DNA from: Cyanophyceae cyanobacterium
GTDB lineage: Bacteria; Cyanobacteriota; Cyanobacteriia; Cyanobacteriales; Laspinemataceae
Direction: 5' to 3'
Assembly (NCBI GenBank): GCA_038321985.1
Contig: JBBQFN010000001.1
Location: 1-64,000 of the forward strand
DNA length: 64,000 nt
Below, piece by piece: positions 62,553 through 64,000 of this stretch (within the stretch, counting starts at the first letter, position 1; every line of letters begins with the position of its first letter). Under the pieces are notes generated by a model. That model was not told where the DNA came from and made no database searches. It was given only the letters and a program-made list of their open reading frames with translations. The position numbers and the translations under genes were made by a program.

Positions 62553-64000
62553 ATGAAAACCGCTATTGCTGGTGTTGCCGTCTTGCTCGTGACTCTGCCC
62601 TCAATTAGGGCAACAGCTTCTCCTCCCTTGATGCTCAAGGGAGAATCTTCCTTAGCAGAAGACGGCCAAGTTATTGAACCCACAACAAAAACTCCCAACG
62701 CCCAAATCAGCGACTTACTCCCGCTGTTATCTCAACTATCTCTTCCTAGGGATATCTCTACTCCCCCCTCTCCTGATAACCTGCTTCTGGTGACTCCAAT
62801 CGAGGGGAATTCACGGTTATCAGAGCAGCCGCCTACTTTGAACAGGACCCTGGGGGATCCGGACCCTCTTTTCCCCCTATCCCAGGGACTTACTGATACC
62901 GATTTTGGGGAGAATACCACATCGGTAGCGGAACTCTCCGATGTCCAACCCACGGACTGGGCTTTTCAAGCCCTACAATCCCTGGTTGAGCGTTACGGTT
63001 GTATTGCAGGGTATCCCGACGGCACTTTTCGGGGGAATCGGGCTTTAACCCGCTATGAATTTGCCGCCGGTTTAAATAGCTGCTTGGAACGGATTAACGA
63101 GGCGATCGCCCGCCAAGGAGAAACCATTTCCCAAGATGATTTAATCGCACTAGACCAACTGCAACAGGAATTTGCAGCAGAACTTGCCACTTTACAAAGT
63201 CGGGTTGAAAGTTTAGAGGTACGAACCGCTGAATTAGAGTCCCAGCAATTTTCGCCCACTGCGGTGTTAGGGGGAGAAGCAATTTTTGCTTTAACGGGGG
63301 GTGCCGGAGGAAAACCACCCGGAGAGGGAGATAATAATCTGGTTTTTTCTTATCTGGCTCGTTTAGGAGTGGTGGCTTCTTTCACCGGCAGAGATAGATT
63401 TCGACTAGAGTTGTCTTCAGGCAATTTTAGCGATCGCGGTTTTGGCAGTCCTGAATCCTTTAATACGGATATGGCATTGCTGTCTTATCAAGGCGGATTT
63501 GGCGATCGCCTAGTCTTAGATAAATTAGAATATCGCTTTGCTCTGAGCGATCGCGCGGTTGTTACTTTGCGACCCGTTGGCTTTAGTTTAAGTAGTGTTC
63601 TCACTGCTAATTCCGGCTATTTTGATGCGGGTCGCGGTGCGCTTTCCCGGTTTGCTGAAGCCAGCCCTATTTTTAAAATTGGTAGCCTAGATGCGGGTGC
63701 TGGGATAGATTGGTTACTGAGCGATCGTGTGCGATTACAGGCCGCTTATGGAACGCGCAATAGTAGCAGTCTGACCGAAGGGGGTGGGATGGTCGGCGCT
63801 GATCATAGTGCGACCGGGATACAACTGCTCCTCAAACCCACCAATACTGCGATCGCTGGTATAACCTATGTGAATGCTTACGCCAAAGATGGCCGCCTGG
63901 ATACCTTTACCGGCAGCTTTCTCGCCGATACCGCTGGGTTTATGGATGAGCCGGCCCAAATCAATGCGATCGGGGGTTCCCTGCAATGGCGCTTCCATCC
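62553..64000 (+). CDS. SLH-domain cyanobacterial porin (SomA/OprB, iron-uptake porin family), runs off the window end
   Basis: Hand translation gives SDVQPTDWAFQALQSLVERYGCIAGYPDGTFRGNRALTRYEFAAGL, then a coiled coil and QQFS. Absent from the ORF track because there is no stop in the window. Confidence 0.92.
   Translation, partial: MKTAIAGVAVLLVTLPSIRATASPPLMLKGESSLAEDGQVIEPTTKTPNAQISDLLPLLSQLSLPRDISTPPSPDNLLLVTPIEGNSRLSEQPPTLNRTLGDPDPLFPLSQGLTDTDFGENTTSVAELSDVQPTDWAFQALQSLVERYGCIAGYPDGTFRGNRALTRYEFAAGLNSCLERINEAIARQGETISQDDLIALDQLQQEFAAELATLQSRVESLEVRTAELESQQFSPTAVLGGEAIFALTGGAGGKPPGEGDNNLVFSYLARLGVVASFTGRDRFRLELSSGNFSDRGFGSPESFNTDMALLSYQGGFGDRLVLDKLEYRFALSDRAVVTLRPVGFSLSSVLTANSGYFDAGRGALSRFAEASPIFKIGSLDAGAGIDWLLSDRVRLQAAYGTRNSSSLTEGGGMVGADHSATGIQLLLKPTNTAIAGITYVNAYAKDGRLDTFTGSFLADTAGFMDEPAQINAIGGSLQWRFH

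Overview
64 kb of a cyanobacterial chromosome. Evidence: dense HIP1 octamer GCGATCGC, CP12, CruA, SigG, IF17 and PEP-CTERM genes; an Oscillatoriales-like host is an inference. The first ~2.3 kb is a decayed, AT-rich, defence-type patch. It holds the right end of an ISL3 element inserted into an OLD-family ABC-ATPase/TOPRIM nuclease gene, a probable restriction-modification gene tail, a HIP1-bounded 66-bp duplication and a probable antitoxin-PIN toxin remnant. Next come an NLR-like NACHT-WD40 gene and a divergent Ser/Thr kinase-WD40 gene. Most of the rest is ordinary core genome: HK and GGDEF genes, ispE, rsmA, rbp, exbBD, minCDE, atpD/atpC, cp12, cruA, TRAP permeases, gifB (with a glutamine riboswitch and NtcA box), mpg, pyrB, moaE and sigG. 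The most interesting uncharacterised units are: (1) a beta-barrel gene plus a secreted protein carrying three TNQSDSTG motifs; (2) a COP23-COP23-small CxxC peptide-trypsin protease-porin cluster with a homopolymer frameshift; (3) an anti-SigG with a triplicated 92-aa module; (4) two small ORFs missed by the ORF track. I found no CRISPR array, tRNA, rRNA or reverse transcriptase. All family calls come from motif recognition by eye, not from database searches.
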